From an uncultured Pseudomonadota bacterium (GTDB taxonomy: Bacteria; Pseudomonadota; Gammaproteobacteria; Steroidobacterales; Steroidobacteraceae), in the NCBI GenBank assembly GCA_963824395.1, contig CAWGPF010000004.1, positions 220,872-284,871 of the forward strand: DNA of 64,000 nt, read 5' to 3'. Below, one piece after another: positions 63,128 to 64,000 of this stretch. The notes under the pieces are model-generated. The model was not told where the DNA came from, did no database searches, and worked only from the letters and a program-made list of their open reading frames with translations. Every line of letters begins with the position of its first letter. Within the stretch, counting starts at the first letter, position 1. Position numbers and translations under genes: made by a program.

Positions 63128-64000
63128 GTGTCGATAGCATTAGCGGCGGTCTACGTCTGTCTGGCACTGGTTGAGGTGCCGCTGGCCGTCGTGTGGGTGC
63201 GCGAGGCGCGCAGACACAAGTGGCCCTATCGCCCATCCAAAAGCGATCTCGCGATCGGGGCCGTGACCTGCTTCCTGGATACGCTCGGCATCGGCAACTA
63301 CGCGCAAATCACGGCCCTGTTCAAGTTGCGCGGCTATCCCCCCGATGAGCTGATCCCAGGCACATTGAACGTCGGCAACGCCCTGGGAATCATCATCAGC
63401 GCGGCGCTCTTCATCACGACTTTCCAGGTAGATCCGAGGCTGCTTCTCGCAATGGTCGTCAGCGCCGGAGCCGGCGCCTGGATCGGCGCCGGAATCGTAA
63501 GCCGGCTGCCGCGGCGGGTCATTCAGGTCTCCATGGGCGCAGCGCTCCTGGTTGCCGCCGCATTCTTCGCAACGAGCAACCTCGGGCTGACCCCCGCAGG
63601 GGGTTCGGCGATGGCTCTAAGCGGCTGGCGCTTCGCGGTTGCGGTCGCGGCAAACTTTGTCCTGGGTGCGCTCATGTGTGTCGGAATCGGCAACTACGCA
63701 CCATGCATGGCGCTGCTCGCGCTGCTCGGCATGAACCCGATCGCCGCCTACCCGATCATGATTGCGAGCGACGGTGTACTGATTCCAGTGGCAAGCATTG
63801 CGTTCGTCCGTTCCGGGCGCTTCTCCCCTGCAGTCGCCGTTGGCCTGACGCTCGGCGGCATTGCAGGGACGCTCGCGGCATTCCCGTTCGTGAGGGTCCT
63901 GAGCGATCACCTCACGCTTCTGCAGTGGGCCGTCACTGGAATCATTACGTATGCGGCCATCGCGATGCTCCGCTCAGCGCTGGAACGGGAGCCGGCCGTC
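63128..64000 (+). CDS. multi-pass membrane protein with internal duplication (TSUP/TauE-like, tentative); partial, runs off the right edge
   Basis: The frame is open from GTG 63128 to the window end (in-frame stop TAG at 63059 upstream). It is not in the track because it has no stop. There are ~8 hydrophobic segments. The motif GIGNYA occurs in both halves (LDTLGIGNYAQITALF and CVGIGNYAPCMALLALLG). Confidence 0.6.
   Translation, partial: MSIALAAVYVCLALVEVPLAVVWVREARRHKWPYRPSKSDLAIGAVTCFLDTLGIGNYAQITALFKLRGYPPDELIPGTLNVGNALGIIISAALFITTFQVDPRLLLAMVVSAGAGAWIGAGIVSRLPRRVIQVSMGAALLVAAAFFATSNLGLTPAGGSAMALSGWRFAVAVAANFVLGALMCVGIGNYAPCMALLALLGMNPIAAYPIMIASDGVLIPVASIAFVRSGRFSPAVAVGLTLGGIAGTLAAFPFVRVLSDHLTLLQWAVTGIITYAAIAMLRSALEREPAV

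Noticed and set aside
1-64000. CRISPR arrays, rRNA/tRNA genes, IS elements, integrases, and reverse transcriptase or retron/DGR signatures.
   Set aside because: I found no regularly spaced direct repeats, no cloverleaf-capable sequences, and no DDE, tyrosine-recombinase or RT motifs in any long ORF. Absence was judged by eye only.

Overview
High-GC chromosomal window from a diderm bacterium. Evidence for this: two TonB-dependent receptors, lipoproteins, and a periplasmic alpha-carbonic anhydrase. The taxon cannot be fixed from sequence alone. All product calls come from motif recognition by eye; no database search was run. I found no rRNA, tRNA, CRISPR array, transposase or integrase.

The window is mostly densely packed CDS, arranged in several blocks:
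1. 3.6-16.9 kb: an oxidative/catabolic cluster. It holds two APH-like phosphotransferases, three small NTF2/SnoaL-like proteins, a CX5R phosphatase, a LuxR regulator, a TonB-dependent receptor, a cytochrome P450 and a cytoplasmic molybdopterin oxidoreductase.
2. 21.7-25.6 kb: a visibly more A/T-rich accessory islet. It carries vapBC, a wHTH + nucleotidyltransferase pair and a DUF3592 membrane protein.
3. 25.7-40.3 kb: a nitrogen-compound (guanidino/amine/amide) utilisation cluster. It holds an MBL hydrolase, an agmatinase-family ureohydrolase, an APC permease, TetR and LuxR regulators, a GS-like ligase, a creatininase-family protein, a second TonB-dependent receptor, an amidase and two acyl-CoA ligases.
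4. 40.8-44.2 kb: an ECF sigma factor (TIGR02999-like) in an operon with a 911-aa Ser/Thr kinase that carries a TolB-N-like + TPR sensor.
5. 48-51.5 kb: higBA and a second vapBC.
6. 55-60 kb: envelope-associated hypothetical proteins.
7. 60.4-63 kb: an AbrB-type antitoxin, a doubly frameshifted PIN toxin, and then a 579-aa cytoplasmic TIR-domain protein. The TIR domain is fused to the same TolB-N-like + TPR module found in the kinase.

Most interesting candidates:
- The TIR-sensor fusion, with its catalytic Glu retained, as a possible single-gene NADase defence or signalling effector.
- The module swap between the kinase and the TIR protein.
- The compact wHTH/NTase pair with an operator-like tandem repeat on a leaderless promoter.
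- The kinase-NTF2-phosphatase operon inside the P450/Mo-enzyme cluster.
- A dispersed ~115-bp non-coding repeat with a conserved AACGG/CCGTT hairpin.

Many long ORFs in the track are antisense shadows typical of high-GC DNA and were rejected. Several track ORFs are over-extended at the 5-prime end, and I propose shorter starts for them.
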